Origin: Geopsychrobacteraceae bacterium
GTDB lineage: Bacteria > Desulfobacterota > Desulfuromonadia > Desulfuromonadales > Geopsychrobacteraceae
Assembly (NCBI GenBank): GCA_963662315.1
Contig: OY759353.1
Span: forward strand, 512,001-576,000
Length of the DNA stretch: 64,000 nucleotides
Direction: 5' to 3'
Of this stretch, positions 43,383-52,146 are shown piece by piece (positions within the stretch are counted from its first letter, which is position 1; each line of letters opens with the position of its first letter). Position numbers and translations under genes: made by a program. A model generated the notes under the pieces. That model was not told where the DNA came from and did no database searches. It worked only from the letters and a program-made list of their open reading frames with translations.

Positions 43383-43535
43383 GGCTAAGTTTTCAGATTG
43401 GAAACGAGAATTTTTTCGTTGTGACCAGAAAATCAAGGGGTTGCGCGGAGGCGTAGTACTTTACGCCGCACAAGAAAACCCGCAGATTGACACCGCCACA
43501 GCGGAAAAGGGCCGTTTCCAGATGAAAACTTGGCC
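43383..43535. mobile_element. MITE-like ~150-bp palindromic element, copy 1
   Basis: Imperfect terminal inverted repeats GGCTAAGTTTTCAGATTGGAAACG / CGTTTCCAGATGAAAACTTGGCC, nested internal pairing around GGCGTA-GTACTT-TACGCC, and a second copy at 45580. Confidence 0.7.
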
Positions 43536-43764
43536 AAATGGGCTTTTGGGGAAAGGCTGAAACCGTTAAATAGTATAGGTTTTTGCCTTGTAATTGAGGT
43601 GTAATCAAGCAGATCGGTATGCAGGTTGGGGTTCCTCCCTTGGTAGAGGGTCGTCTGTTGGTGGAGTTAAGAAACATCATGGCTAATGAATGACAGTTCC
43701 GTACATATTGCCTGGACGGCAAAGGATTGTTCTGCTGATGGCCTGGCTTAACTGGAAAGCATTT

Positions 43765-44544
43765 ATGAGAGTTTCTCCTTTTATTCTTATCCTCATATTT
43801 CTCGCCCCACTACTCTGCAGTTGTGAAACTGGTGTCTATCATACGGTTACTAAAGGGCAGACGTTATATCGTATCAGTCGCACCTATCAGGTTAACGAAG
43901 AGTATCTTGCCAGGGTTAATGGGATCTCAGACCCGTCACAACTGCGTATCGGTACGCGGTTATTTATTCCCGGTGCAAGTCAGGTTGAATCGGTTTCCGT
44001 CGTGAAGCCTTCTATAGCCCAAAAGTCCCCAAAATCAGCTCAAAAGCCTACCCCAGTGCAACGGAGTGCTAGCGTTGCGGAGCCCAAAAAGTTACCACGT
44101 GAAACAATAACTGTTACCCCCTCTGTTGTTGTAAGAAAAACAAGTGCGCCTGCTGCGAAGCCAGCTACTCTTCACAAGCTCAACTGGCCACTAAGAGGAA
44201 AAATTGTCAGAACGTTCAGAGACAAAGCGAATAGCGGAGGAGGAAAGGGGATAGAAATTGCAGTGCGGTCCGGTTCGCCGGTCACTGCCGCAGATGCCGG
44301 AAGGGTCATTTTTAGTGGAGATGGTGTCAGGGGATACGGTTTTCTTGTTATTTTGCAGCATGAAAATGATTTATTTACTGTTTATGGCTTTAACACCAAA
44401 AACCTTGTTAATCAGGGAGATTTTGTCAGTAAAGGGGAACGAATCGCCCTGTCTGGTATTCCGCCCGGAGGTGGGGCGGCGAGACTTCATTTTGAGGTAA
44501 GAAAAGGAAAGGTCGCTGTCGATCCTCTTTTGTACTTGCCTTGA
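43765..44544 (+). CDS. nlpD: LysM + peptidase M23 lipoprotein (NlpD-like)
   Basis: Lipobox LLCSC, LysM HTVTKGQTLYRIS, degenerate M23 domain (GIEI, LHFEVR); lies upstream of rpoS. Confidence 0.88.
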   Translation: MRVSPFILILIFLAPLLCSCETGVYHTVTKGQTLYRISRTYQVNEEYLARVNGISDPSQLRIGTRLFIPGASQVESVSVVKPSIAQKSPKSAQKPTPVQRSASVAEPKKLPRETITVTPSVVVRKTSAPAAKPATLHKLNWPLRGKIVRTFRDKANSGGGKGIEIAVRSGSPVTAADAGRVIFSGDGVRGYGFLVILQHENDLFTVYGFNTKNLVNQGDFVSKGERIALSGIPPGGGAARLHFEVRKGKVAVDPLLYLP

Positions 44545-44610
44545 AGCATGGTGCTATCTAGTATGACTTTGTGATCTTTAATCTCTCATTTACCTGCCGG
44601 GGAGGGTGCT

Positions 44611-45585
44611 ATGGACGAGTTTGACAAAGAACTGGATGAGGGCAGTCAGCTAGAAATGCCTGAAGATGAGGAAGATATTGAGGGCTTTTCTACCGTTGAA
44701 CTAGAGACTGATGATATTGACCCTAGCACAAAAGATGAAAGTGATGAAGACAGCCACGCCACAGCTGACGCGATCAAACTTTATCTTAAGGAAATTCAGA
44801 GAAGTAAGTTGCTGTCCGCAGAAGACGAGAGGCATCTCGCCGGTCTTATTGCCAAAGGTGATAGCTCGGCACGGGACCGAATGATTGAGTCTAACCTGCG
44901 CCTGGTGGTAAAAATTGCCAAACGTTATATGAATCGTGGCCTACCCTTCCTTGACCTGATAGAGGAAGGAAATATGGGTTTAATTAAGGCTGTTGAAAAG
45001 TTCAAGGTCAGTAAAGGTTGTCGTTTTTCCACCTATGCCACCTGGTGGATCCGACAGTCTATCGAGCGGGCTCTGGTTAATCAAAGCCGGACAATAAGAC
45101 TGCCTGTTCATGTTGCTGATGATATTAACAAACTGACAAAGGTCAGTCGCGAACTTGTACATCGTTTTAAGCGTGATCCCGAACCCGAAGAGATTGCCGA
45201 AGCAATGGGAACAGATGTGGCTAACGTCAGGCGTATGCTGGTGCTGGTAAAAAAGACATTTTCCATTGAGCATCCAATGGGTGACAACGAGGATTACAGT
45301 CTTATCGATACGATTGAAGATAAAAACATGGTTGATCCCGGCAGTATGATAGAGGACCTCGATCGTTTTGCTCATGTTATGGAATGGATGGATGATCTGA
45401 ATGACAATGAGCGGGAAATTCTGGCGATGCGATTCGGTCTGGATGATCGTGAACCGGAAACTCTTGATACAATTGGGCAGAAGTTTGGCGTGACCAGAGA
45501 ACGGATCCGTCAGATCGAGGCGAAAAGTCTTGCTAAATTGCGCAAAACAGTGCAGGAGCGCCTTCCCGACGAAAGCAAACACTAA
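44611..45585 (+). CDS. rpoS: RNA polymerase sigma factor RpoS
   Basis: NLRLVVKIAK, RFSTYATWWIRQ and VTRERIRQIE motifs; surE-pcm-nlpD-rpoS gene order. Confidence 0.92.
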   Translation: MDEFDKELDEGSQLEMPEDEEDIEGFSTVELETDDIDPSTKDESDEDSHATADAIKLYLKEIQRSKLLSAEDERHLAGLIAKGDSSARDRMIESNLRLVVKIAKRYMNRGLPFLDLIEEGNMGLIKAVEKFKVSKGCRFSTYATWWIRQSIERALVNQSRTIRLPVHVADDINKLTKVSRELVHRFKRDPEPEEIAEAMGTDVANVRRMLVLVKKTFSIEHPMGDNEDYSLIDTIEDKNMVDPGSMIEDLDRFAHVMEWMDDLNDNEREILAMRFGLDDREPETLDTIGQKFGVTRERIRQIEAKSLAKLRKTVQERLPDESKH

Positions 45586-45733
45586 AATTTCATCTGAAGA
45601 AAAGTTATTTTCCGCTGTGGTGTTGTCAATCTGAGGTCTTGCCAGTGTGACGTTAATTACTGGGCCTTCGCGCAAGACATTGATTTTCTGGCCACAACTA
45701 AAAATGGTTCGTTTTCAATCTGAAGATTTGGCA
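45580..45733. mobile_element. MITE-like element, copy 2 (inverted, degenerate)
   Basis: About 72% identical to the reverse complement of 43383-43535 by manual alignment. Shared blocks are TTTTCCGCTGTGG, TGTCAATCTG, TTGATTTTCTGG and CAATCTGAA. Confidence 0.7.
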
Positions 45734-45777
45734 GTTAGAAATTTGCAAACAGGTTAATGAATTACAGGAGAACCGTC

Positions 45778-46293
45778 ATGGAAGATTTAAAGCAAATTAT
45801 CCGGGATATTCCCGATTTTCCTAAAAAAGGAATCATCTTCAAAGATATCACCACGCTATTGTCTGATGCAAAAAGTTTTCATCGTATGGTGGACCTGTTG
45901 GCCCATCGTTATGTGGGGGAAAAAATTGATCAGATTGTTGGTATTGAAGCGCGTGGCTTTATCCTGGGGGCAGCCCTGGCGTACAAGCTTGGCACCGGAA
46001 TAACGCTGGTCAGAAAGGCAGGCAAACTCCCGTATCACACCCGCAGCATCAGTTATCAGCTGGAGTATGGTGAAGATACCCTCGAGATTCATGAAGATGC
46101 ATTCAACCCTGGTGATAAGGTGATTATTGCTGATGATCTACTGGCTACCGGAGGTACTATGGTGGCGGTTGTTGAGCTGGTTGAAAAATTCGGAGCAGAA
46201 GTCTTCGAATGTGCTTTTATGGCAGAACTGGAGTTTCTAAATGGCCGCAGTAAACTGCCTGACGGAAAGGTCTTCAGTCTTTTAAAATTTTAA
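45778..46293 (+). CDS. apt: Adenine phosphoribosyltransferase
   Basis: [18 protein letters not shown] and DDLLATGGT motifs. Confidence 0.98.
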   Translation: MEDLKQIIRDIPDFPKKGIIFKDITTLLSDAKSFHRMVDLLAHRYVGEKIDQIVGIEARGFILGAALAYKLGTGITLVRKAGKLPYHTRSISYQLEYGEDTLEIHEDAFNPGDKVIIADDLLATGGTMVAVVELVEKFGAEVFECAFMAELEFLNGRSKLPDGKVFSLLKF

Positions 46294-46330
46294 CTTGGAT
46301 GGGGAAAAGCTTTGTTTGCGGACGAAAGCC

Positions 46331-46359
46331 TTGTCAAATGACATCATCTGGGGTATAAG
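46331..46359 (+). promoter_or_regulatory. Sigma70-type promoter of tRNA-Arg
   Basis: TTGTCA-N17-TATAAG with a GC-rich discriminator. Confidence 0.6.
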
Positions 46360-46369
46360 CAGTGCCCAT

Positions 46370-46446
46370 GGCCCCGTAGCTCAGCTGGATAGAGCGGCAC
46401 CCTCCTAAGGTGAAGGTCGGAGGTTCAAATCCCCCCGGGGTCGCCA
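46370..46446 (+). tRNA. tRNA-Arg(CCT)
   Basis: GGCCCCG/CGGGGTC acceptor, A20, anticodon loop CTCCTAA, GGTTCAAATCC T arm and CCA end. Confidence 0.95.
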
Positions 46447-46457
46447 TCTTATCATCC

Positions 46458-46505
46458 TATCCTCTGCTGATTTCTTACGTTTAGTAACCAAATCAGCAGA
46501 GGATA
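46458..46505. repeat. Perfect 16-bp inverted repeat downstream of tRNA-Arg
   Basis: TATCCTCTGCTGATTT-N16-AAATCAGCAGAGGATA. Confidence 0.85.
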
Positions 46506-46617
46506 AATTGTTTGTGCCATACCTGGCTAGACAACCGCTAACCCACCAACTACAATTTTCTGTGGTTATATAGAGTTTTTTCAATTTCTGAGTCTACATA
46601 GAAAATCAGGATCGAAT

Positions 46618-47289
46618 ATGGTTAATCAAGCCGACAGGGAGAGTCTGACTCCCTTAATAGTTGAAGATTGGGGCATGTTGGATTACCAGGCAGCTCTGGT
46701 CCGGCAAAATGAGCTTGTTGCCAATCATCTATCTGGTTGCGAGGTGGATCGGCTGGTTTTCGTTCAACATCCGCCCACCATAACGCTTGGGCGCCGCGGG
46801 TCACGAAATGATCTTCATTTTCCGGAAAATTTTTACCAGCAACAAGGAATCTGCTTGCAGCAAGTGAACAGGGGAGGGCTGGCAACTGCTCATGAACCGG
46901 GACAACTCGTTGCATATCCGATATTGAAATTAAAACAAAAGAATCTGAAACTGTATGCAAACGCATTCTTGAATGTTGTCATTCGGCTGCTGGATGATTT
47001 TGGGATAGAAGGCTACCTTAAGCCAGGAGAACCTGGGGTGTGGGTCAATGGTAATAAAATCTGCAGTTTCGGTATTGGTTTGAAGCGTTGGGTTTCTTTT
47101 CACGGAATCGCGTTAAATGTTAATAACGATCTTTCGACATTTAGAATGATTGTTCCGTGTGGCCGGCCTGAAGAAATTGTTACCTCGCTAAAAGAGCAGG
47201 TTGGTTACGAAATTGATTTGAAGACAGCCTATCGCCATTTTGTCGCTTATTTTTGCTCGGCTTTTCAGTATTATCCGCTAGAACATTGA
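46618..47289 (+). CDS. lipB: Lipoyl(octanoyl) transferase
   Basis: QHPPTITLG, RGG..T.H.PGQLVAYP, KICSFG, HGIALN and IVPCG motifs. Confidence 0.95.
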   Translation: MVNQADRESLTPLIVEDWGMLDYQAALVRQNELVANHLSGCEVDRLVFVQHPPTITLGRRGSRNDLHFPENFYQQQGICLQQVNRGGLATAHEPGQLVAYPILKLKQKNLKLYANAFLNVVIRLLDDFGIEGYLKPGEPGVWVNGNKICSFGIGLKRWVSFHGIALNVNNDLSTFRMIVPCGRPEEIVTSLKEQVGYEIDLKTAYRHFVAYFCSAFQYYPLEH

Positions 47290-47410
47290 TGCTTTAGAAG
47301 GTTTTTTCCCGATCTTAAAAAATGTATTATTCCTGAATTTTCTAATATGGTGAAATGTGCTTTTGTGATAAAATTAAACAATTATCATAATGGATATTTA
47401 AGGAGCTGAG

Positions 47411-48280
47411 ATGCCTACAGATTTTCAAACTGTTGTCCGGTCGATACGCGATTTGCCACCGATGCCGGTAGTCGCAACAAAAGTTCTTCAGCTGCTGGGG
47501 GATCCGAACGTCAATTATAATCACGTTGCCCATGCAATTTCGAGCGATCCTGCAGTTTCTGCTCGTCTCATAAAAGTCGCAAATTCTTCTTTCTACAGCA
47601 TGAAAAGGCAGATCAAGACACTTGATCATGCTATCGCTATTGTCGGTGAGCGTACCCTGCGCAGTCTTGTGCTTGCTGCAAGTCTTGAAGGAATGAATAA
47701 AACTTACGGATTGCTGGAAAAAATGCTCTGGGAAGATGCCATGGGATGTGCCATCGGCAGCCGTATCCTGGCCCGTAAATTTTCTACTGCTGACCCGGAG
47801 GAAGCCTTTCTGGCTGGGTTGTTCCGCCACCTGGGTCTCGTTGTTATGAATTTCAGTGATCCCAATGCGTATCGTACTTTAGTGGAGACGGCCTATTCTG
47901 AAGGTGTTAATACTTCGGTATTGGAGGGGCGTTTTTTCCCTTATTCTCATGCAGTTGTCGGGGCTGCCGTTCTTGATAAATGGAACTTCTCCCGTTCGCT
48001 GGTTATGGCCGTATTGCACCATGAAGATTTAAATATCATGGACAATGAGGATGAAATCGATTTTGATGTCAAAGCCGTTTCTGCTTTAACTGCTACCGTA
48101 AACCTTTCCAGTCAAATTTGTCTGAGGTTAGGCCTTGGGCAACGCGAACCTGTCACTGATCTTGATGTTTTTGGCTGTCTTGGCGCTCAGGCGCTTGGTT
48201 TGGATGAAAATCAGGTTGACGAAGCTATTAATGAAATAGACAGTGTTTTTAATGAAAACCGAGATTTTTTTGTTGGTTGA
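47411..48280 (+). CDS. Stand-alone HDOD domain protein
   Basis: LPPMP, DPAVSARLIKVANS, AFLAGLF and HAVVGA..LDKWNF motifs. Confidence 0.92.
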   Translation: MPTDFQTVVRSIRDLPPMPVVATKVLQLLGDPNVNYNHVAHAISSDPAVSARLIKVANSSFYSMKRQIKTLDHAIAIVGERTLRSLVLAASLEGMNKTYGLLEKMLWEDAMGCAIGSRILARKFSTADPEEAFLAGLFRHLGLVVMNFSDPNAYRTLVETAYSEGVNTSVLEGRFFPYSHAVVGAAVLDKWNFSRSLVMAVLHHEDLNIMDNEDEIDFDVKAVSALTATVNLSSQICLRLGLGQREPVTDLDVFGCLGAQALGLDENQVDEAINEIDSVFNENRDFFVG

Positions 48281-48309
48281 TCGGTATTCCGGAAAAGATT
48301 TTTCTCACG

Positions 48310-48332
48310 GGGAGCTTTTGCTCCCTTTTTTT
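48310..48332 (+). terminator. Rho-independent terminator after the HDOD gene
   Basis: GGGAGC-TTTT-GCTCCC plus T7. Confidence 0.75.
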
Positions 48333-48382
48333 ATTTTTATCGGCTAGGATAGTGATGTTATTAAGATTCATGGTAGGTGAAA

Positions 48383-49117
48383 ATGAAAGAAAGACTTGAT
48401 AAATTACTGGTCGAAAAAGGGTTTGTTGCCTCACGTGACAGAGCGCGTTCCATGATCCTTGCCGGGCAGGTGGTTGTGGATGACCACCGGGTTGACAAGG
48501 TAGGCGCCCAGGTCCTGATCGATGCTGAAATTCGTCTTAAGGGTGAAGACCTTCCGTTTGTATCGCGTGGAGGATTAAAGCTCGCAAAAGCTTTAGACAC
48601 CTTTACTATTGATGTCAGCGGGAGGGTTGCCATCGATGTCGGTGCTTCTACAGGTGGCTTTACTGATTGTTTACTGCAGCGTGGTGCCACCAAGGTTTAT
48701 GCTATTGATGTTGGCTACGGACAGTTAGCATGGAAATTACAGAACGATCCGCGTGTCGTAAACAAGGAACGGTGTAATATTCGTTACCTTTCTATTGCAG
48801 AGCTGGATGAAGTGCCTTCTCTTGCGGTTATTGATGCCTCGTTTATATCCTTGGCCAAGGTTTTGCCTAATACCATTGATCTGATTACTGGACAGGGTGA
48901 AATCGTTGCTCTGATCAAACCTCAGTTTGAGGTTGGCAAGGGGCAGGTTGGGAAGAACGGCATTGTCAAGGATGAATTGTTACATCAGGCTGTTGTTGAG
49001 CGCATTGCCGAAGAAGCAAAAACGCTTCATTGTCAGGTGCTTGGTTTGACTGAAAGCCCCATTCGGGGTGCCAAAGGAAATGTCGAATTTCTTATCCACC
49101 TCGTAAAGACCTGTTGA
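48383..49117 (+). CDS. tlyA: TlyA-family rRNA 2'-O-methyltransferase
   Basis: S4 domain, VSRGGLKL, DVGASTGGFTD and LIKPQFE motifs. Confidence 0.96.
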   Translation: MKERLDKLLVEKGFVASRDRARSMILAGQVVVDDHRVDKVGAQVLIDAEIRLKGEDLPFVSRGGLKLAKALDTFTIDVSGRVAIDVGASTGGFTDCLLQRGATKVYAIDVGYGQLAWKLQNDPRVVNKERCNIRYLSIAELDEVPSLAVIDASFISLAKVLPNTIDLITGQGEIVALIKPQFEVGKGQVGKNGIVKDELLHQAVVERIAEEAKTLHCQVLGLTESPIRGAKGNVEFLIHLVKTC

Positions 49118-49203
49118 ATTCGCAAGTCATAGTGATTATTGTTGAGTTAAACCATGGCGCTGTTGTGAAACGTTTTTACTGACTGTTTTGTATTGAGGGT
49201 GTT

Positions 49204-49551
49204 ATGAATAAGGGTTGTTTATTCTGTAAAATTGTCTCAGGTGATATTCCAGCAAAAATGCGCTACCAGGATGACCTTGTCGTGGTTTTTGAAGATATCA
49301 GTCCACAGGCTCCCGTACATTTATTGATTGTTCCTAAAAAGCATATTTCTACGACCCTGGATTTATCTGTTGAAGATAATAATTTGATTGGACACGTATA
49401 CCAGGTCGCTGGGCAGATGGCACGCGAGTGTGGTTGTGCTGAAGATGGTTTCCGAGTCGTTAACAATTGTAATGCTGCCGGTGGGCAAACCGTGTGGCAT
49501 CTTCACTTTCATCTGCTGGGCGGCCGAGACCTGACATGGCCTCCGGGGTAG
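49204..49551 (+). CDS. Histidine triad (HinT-like) nucleotide-binding protein
   Basis: CLFCKI and GQTVWHLHFHLLGGR motifs. Confidence 0.96.
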   Translation: MNKGCLFCKIVSGDIPAKMRYQDDLVVVFEDISPQAPVHLLIVPKKHISTTLDLSVEDNNLIGHVYQVAGQMARECGCAEDGFRVVNNCNAAGGQTVWHLHFHLLGGRDLTWPPG

Positions 49552-49563
49552 GTGTAGCTTTTT

Positions 49564-51006
49564 ATGATGGATTATGACAGTAAAACCGAACAACGGCTGA
49601 TGACCGACATTATGGAGCTGTTGGTCACGCATCATTCGGCAGAATTATCTGAAGAAGAGTTGGACCACCAACTGCAGCGGGTTCAGCAAGCCTTGACCGA
49701 TGCCCGCACTTCGCATCGAGGCCAGGTGCGTAAATCAGGTGAGCCCTATATTTTCCATCCCCTGAGGGTGACACATCTGGCCGCGCGCCACTGGATGGAT
49801 TTTCCGTCTGTCATTGCTGCATTGTTGCATGACGTTGTTGAAGATACTCCGGTCACCTTGACCGATGTCCGTAAAAAATACGGCAGTGAAGTTGCTCACC
49901 TTGTCGACGGGTTGACAAAAGTCACTTCTGAGATCATGAGTAAGGAAGACCTTAAGAAGGAGACTTATAAGAAAACTTTGCTGGTAGCTATCAAAGACTT
50001 GCGTGTCCTCTGTCTTAAGTTCTGGGATCGTGTCGATAACCTGTTGACCATTTCGGCTCTGCCACCTCAGAAGCAAAAACTGATTGCAGAAGAAACCCGT
50101 ATGGTCTATGTCCCATTGGCTCAGCATCTTGGGATGGGCTATGTGGCGACTGAACTTGAATCTTTATCTTATTCAATTCTTTATCCGAAACGGGCCAAAA
50201 ATTATCAGCTTAGGATTGAAGAACTGCAGTATAAGCATTCGGAATTCTTACGACGAATTAAGGCTCATATAAATAGCTCCTGCGAAAAACAGAAAATTTC
50301 AGTGCTGCTGAAAGATCGCTGGCGATCCTTCTCTGTTGCGGCTGCCCAGGGGATGAATCGTGGTTTTTCAACCATGTACACCTTGGAAGTCCAGGTTGAT
50401 CGTATGATGGATGCTTACTTATTTCTCGGTATTCTGCATAGTTCATATCCGCCCATCCCTGGAAAACTCCGTGATCACTTGAATATGACCTCAAAATATG
50501 GCTATCAGGCCTTAAAAACGACCGTTCAGGCCGGGGAGCTGAGAATGCGGGTTGAAATTACAACTCGAAAATTGGCCCGTTTTAACGAGTCCGGGGTGCT
50601 TGCGCCCGGCTTCACCTTTCGTCTTGATAATTTCAGAGACCTGATGAGGAGCCTCATGGAAGGGGAATCCGCTTTTGACACTGAATCGCTGAAGCTGGCT
50701 TCCGCAACAATTCAGGTATATACCCCCCAGGGAGAAATCAGAATTCTTCCAGAAGGAAGCAGCGTTCTTGACTTTGCTTTTGATATCCACGATTCCCTTG
50801 GGTTGCATGCCCGCCGTGGTGTTATTAACGGTCGTACGCGTCAGCTAAAATACCGTCTGCTTGATGGTGATCAAATTGTAGTTGAAACTTCCGATAAGCC
50901 AGAGGTACTGCCCAAGTGGCTGGAATGGGCTATCACTCCCAAAGCGCGTAACAGTATCCGCCGCTATCTGCGTAATAAGGTAAGAGAAGCAAAAAGTGAG
51001 AGTTGA
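49564..51006 (+). CDS. Truncated RelA/SpoT homologue (HD hydrolase + degenerate synthetase + TGS)
   Basis: HRGQVRKSGEPYIFHP and AALLHDVVEDT hydrolase motifs; TGS VYTPQG..LPEGSSVLDFAFDIH; only 480 aa. Confidence 0.88.
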   Translation: MMDYDSKTEQRLMTDIMELLVTHHSAELSEEELDHQLQRVQQALTDARTSHRGQVRKSGEPYIFHPLRVTHLAARHWMDFPSVIAALLHDVVEDTPVTLTDVRKKYGSEVAHLVDGLTKVTSEIMSKEDLKKETYKKTLLVAIKDLRVLCLKFWDRVDNLLTISALPPQKQKLIAEETRMVYVPLAQHLGMGYVATELESLSYSILYPKRAKNYQLRIEELQYKHSEFLRRIKAHINSSCEKQKISVLLKDRWRSFSVAAAQGMNRGFSTMYTLEVQVDRMMDAYLFLGILHSSYPPIPGKLRDHLNMTSKYGYQALKTTVQAGELRMRVEITTRKLARFNESGVLAPGFTFRLDNFRDLMRSLMEGESAFDTESLKLASATIQVYTPQGEIRILPEGSSVLDFAFDIHDSLGLHARRGVINGRTRQLKYRLLDGDQIVVETSDKPEVLPKWLEWAITPKARNSIRRYLRNKVREAKSES

Positions 51007-52057
51007 AAATTATATCCTTATCTTCGGTGTGGTGTTGTCAGTGCTGTTCGCGTCCTGTGGTGCGGTCGCTGCTGGTCAGGTAAATGCCTTCATTTATCAT
51101 CGGTTTGATGAATCGAGGTATCCTTCGACCAATATTGCAGCCTCTGTTTTCAGGCAACAGCTGGAATATTTAAAAACTCACAACATTGAAGTCATTGGTT
51201 TGGACAACCTTTCTCAGCGGTTAAATTCTGGTCGTGCATTACCTGAACATGCGGCGGCGCTGTCGGTTGATGATGGTTATTCGTCTTTTTATGATGTTGC
51301 TCTACCGATTATTGAAGAATATGGTTTTCCTGTCAGCCTTTTTGTGAACACCGATGCGGTCGGTAAGCGCGGTTATATGTCCTGGGACCAACTACAGGAT
51401 GCTCAAAGGCGGGGCATAATCATTGCTAATCATACCGCGTCGCATCCCTATATGATTGAGGCTGTTGGCGGCGAAACTTATCAGACATGGAAACAGCGGA
51501 TAAGTCACGATATTGCTACCGCACAACATGCTCTTGAAATGCACCTGGGGGCAGGTCCTGGTTTGTTTGCTTATCCTTATGGAGAATACTCGCCCGAAGT
51601 CGTTGCTATTGTTAAGGATGCTGGGTTTGATGTAGCCTTTGCTCAGCAATCAGGGGTTATAACTGAAGCGACTGATCTTTATGTCCTGCCCCGTTTTCCC
51701 ATGGGGGGGCCGTTTGCAACCCTGGATGGTTTTATCAGCAAATTAAACATGAAGCCTCTGGTTGTCACTGATGGGGCTGAGGCTTCTCCAGTAATAACCA
51801 CGATAAATCCGCCGACACTACTGCTGAAAATACCTGATCTTCAGACGGTTCGGGGTGTTAACTGTTTTGTTCAGGGAGATAATGGTTGTCAGGTGGATGT
51901 TGCTGCCGATAAAGGAGCGCATTGGTTTCGTGTTAAAGCGGAAAAACCATTATCCGGCAGGCGCAATAAATACACACTGACGGTTCGTAATGAACAGGGG
52001 GGATGGTCCTGGTTCAGTCATTTATGGATCAATGCTGACCATGCCGCCGGAAAATAA
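50996..52057 (+). CDS. Exported polysaccharide deacetylase (CE4/NodB; IcaB/PgaB-like)
   Basis: Signal peptide, IYHRF, SVDDG, NHTASHP, FAYPYG and LPRF motifs. Confidence 0.9.
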   Translation: MRVENYILIFGVVLSVLFASCGAVAAGQVNAFIYHRFDESRYPSTNIAASVFRQQLEYLKTHNIEVIGLDNLSQRLNSGRALPEHAAALSVDDGYSSFYDVALPIIEEYGFPVSLFVNTDAVGKRGYMSWDQLQDAQRRGIIIANHTASHPYMIEAVGGETYQTWKQRISHDIATAQHALEMHLGAGPGLFAYPYGEYSPEVVAIVKDAGFDVAFAQQSGVITEATDLYVLPRFPMGGPFATLDGFISKLNMKPLVVTDGAEASPVITTINPPTLLLKIPDLQTVRGVNCFVQGDNGCQVDVAADKGAHWFRVKAEKPLSGRRNKYTLTVRNEQGGWSWFSHLWINADHAAGK

Positions 52058-52146
52058 TGTGCTGCAAATAGGGTGATGGTCCCGGGTTCGGTGGCAACAA
52101 TTGTATTTAGTTGCGCTCGGATCGATTCTGTAACTCGTCAGAAGGT

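Noticed and set aside
43393..43722. 109-aa minus-strand ORF between yqaA and nlpD
   Set aside because: It runs through the palindromic element, with no transposase or other motifs.
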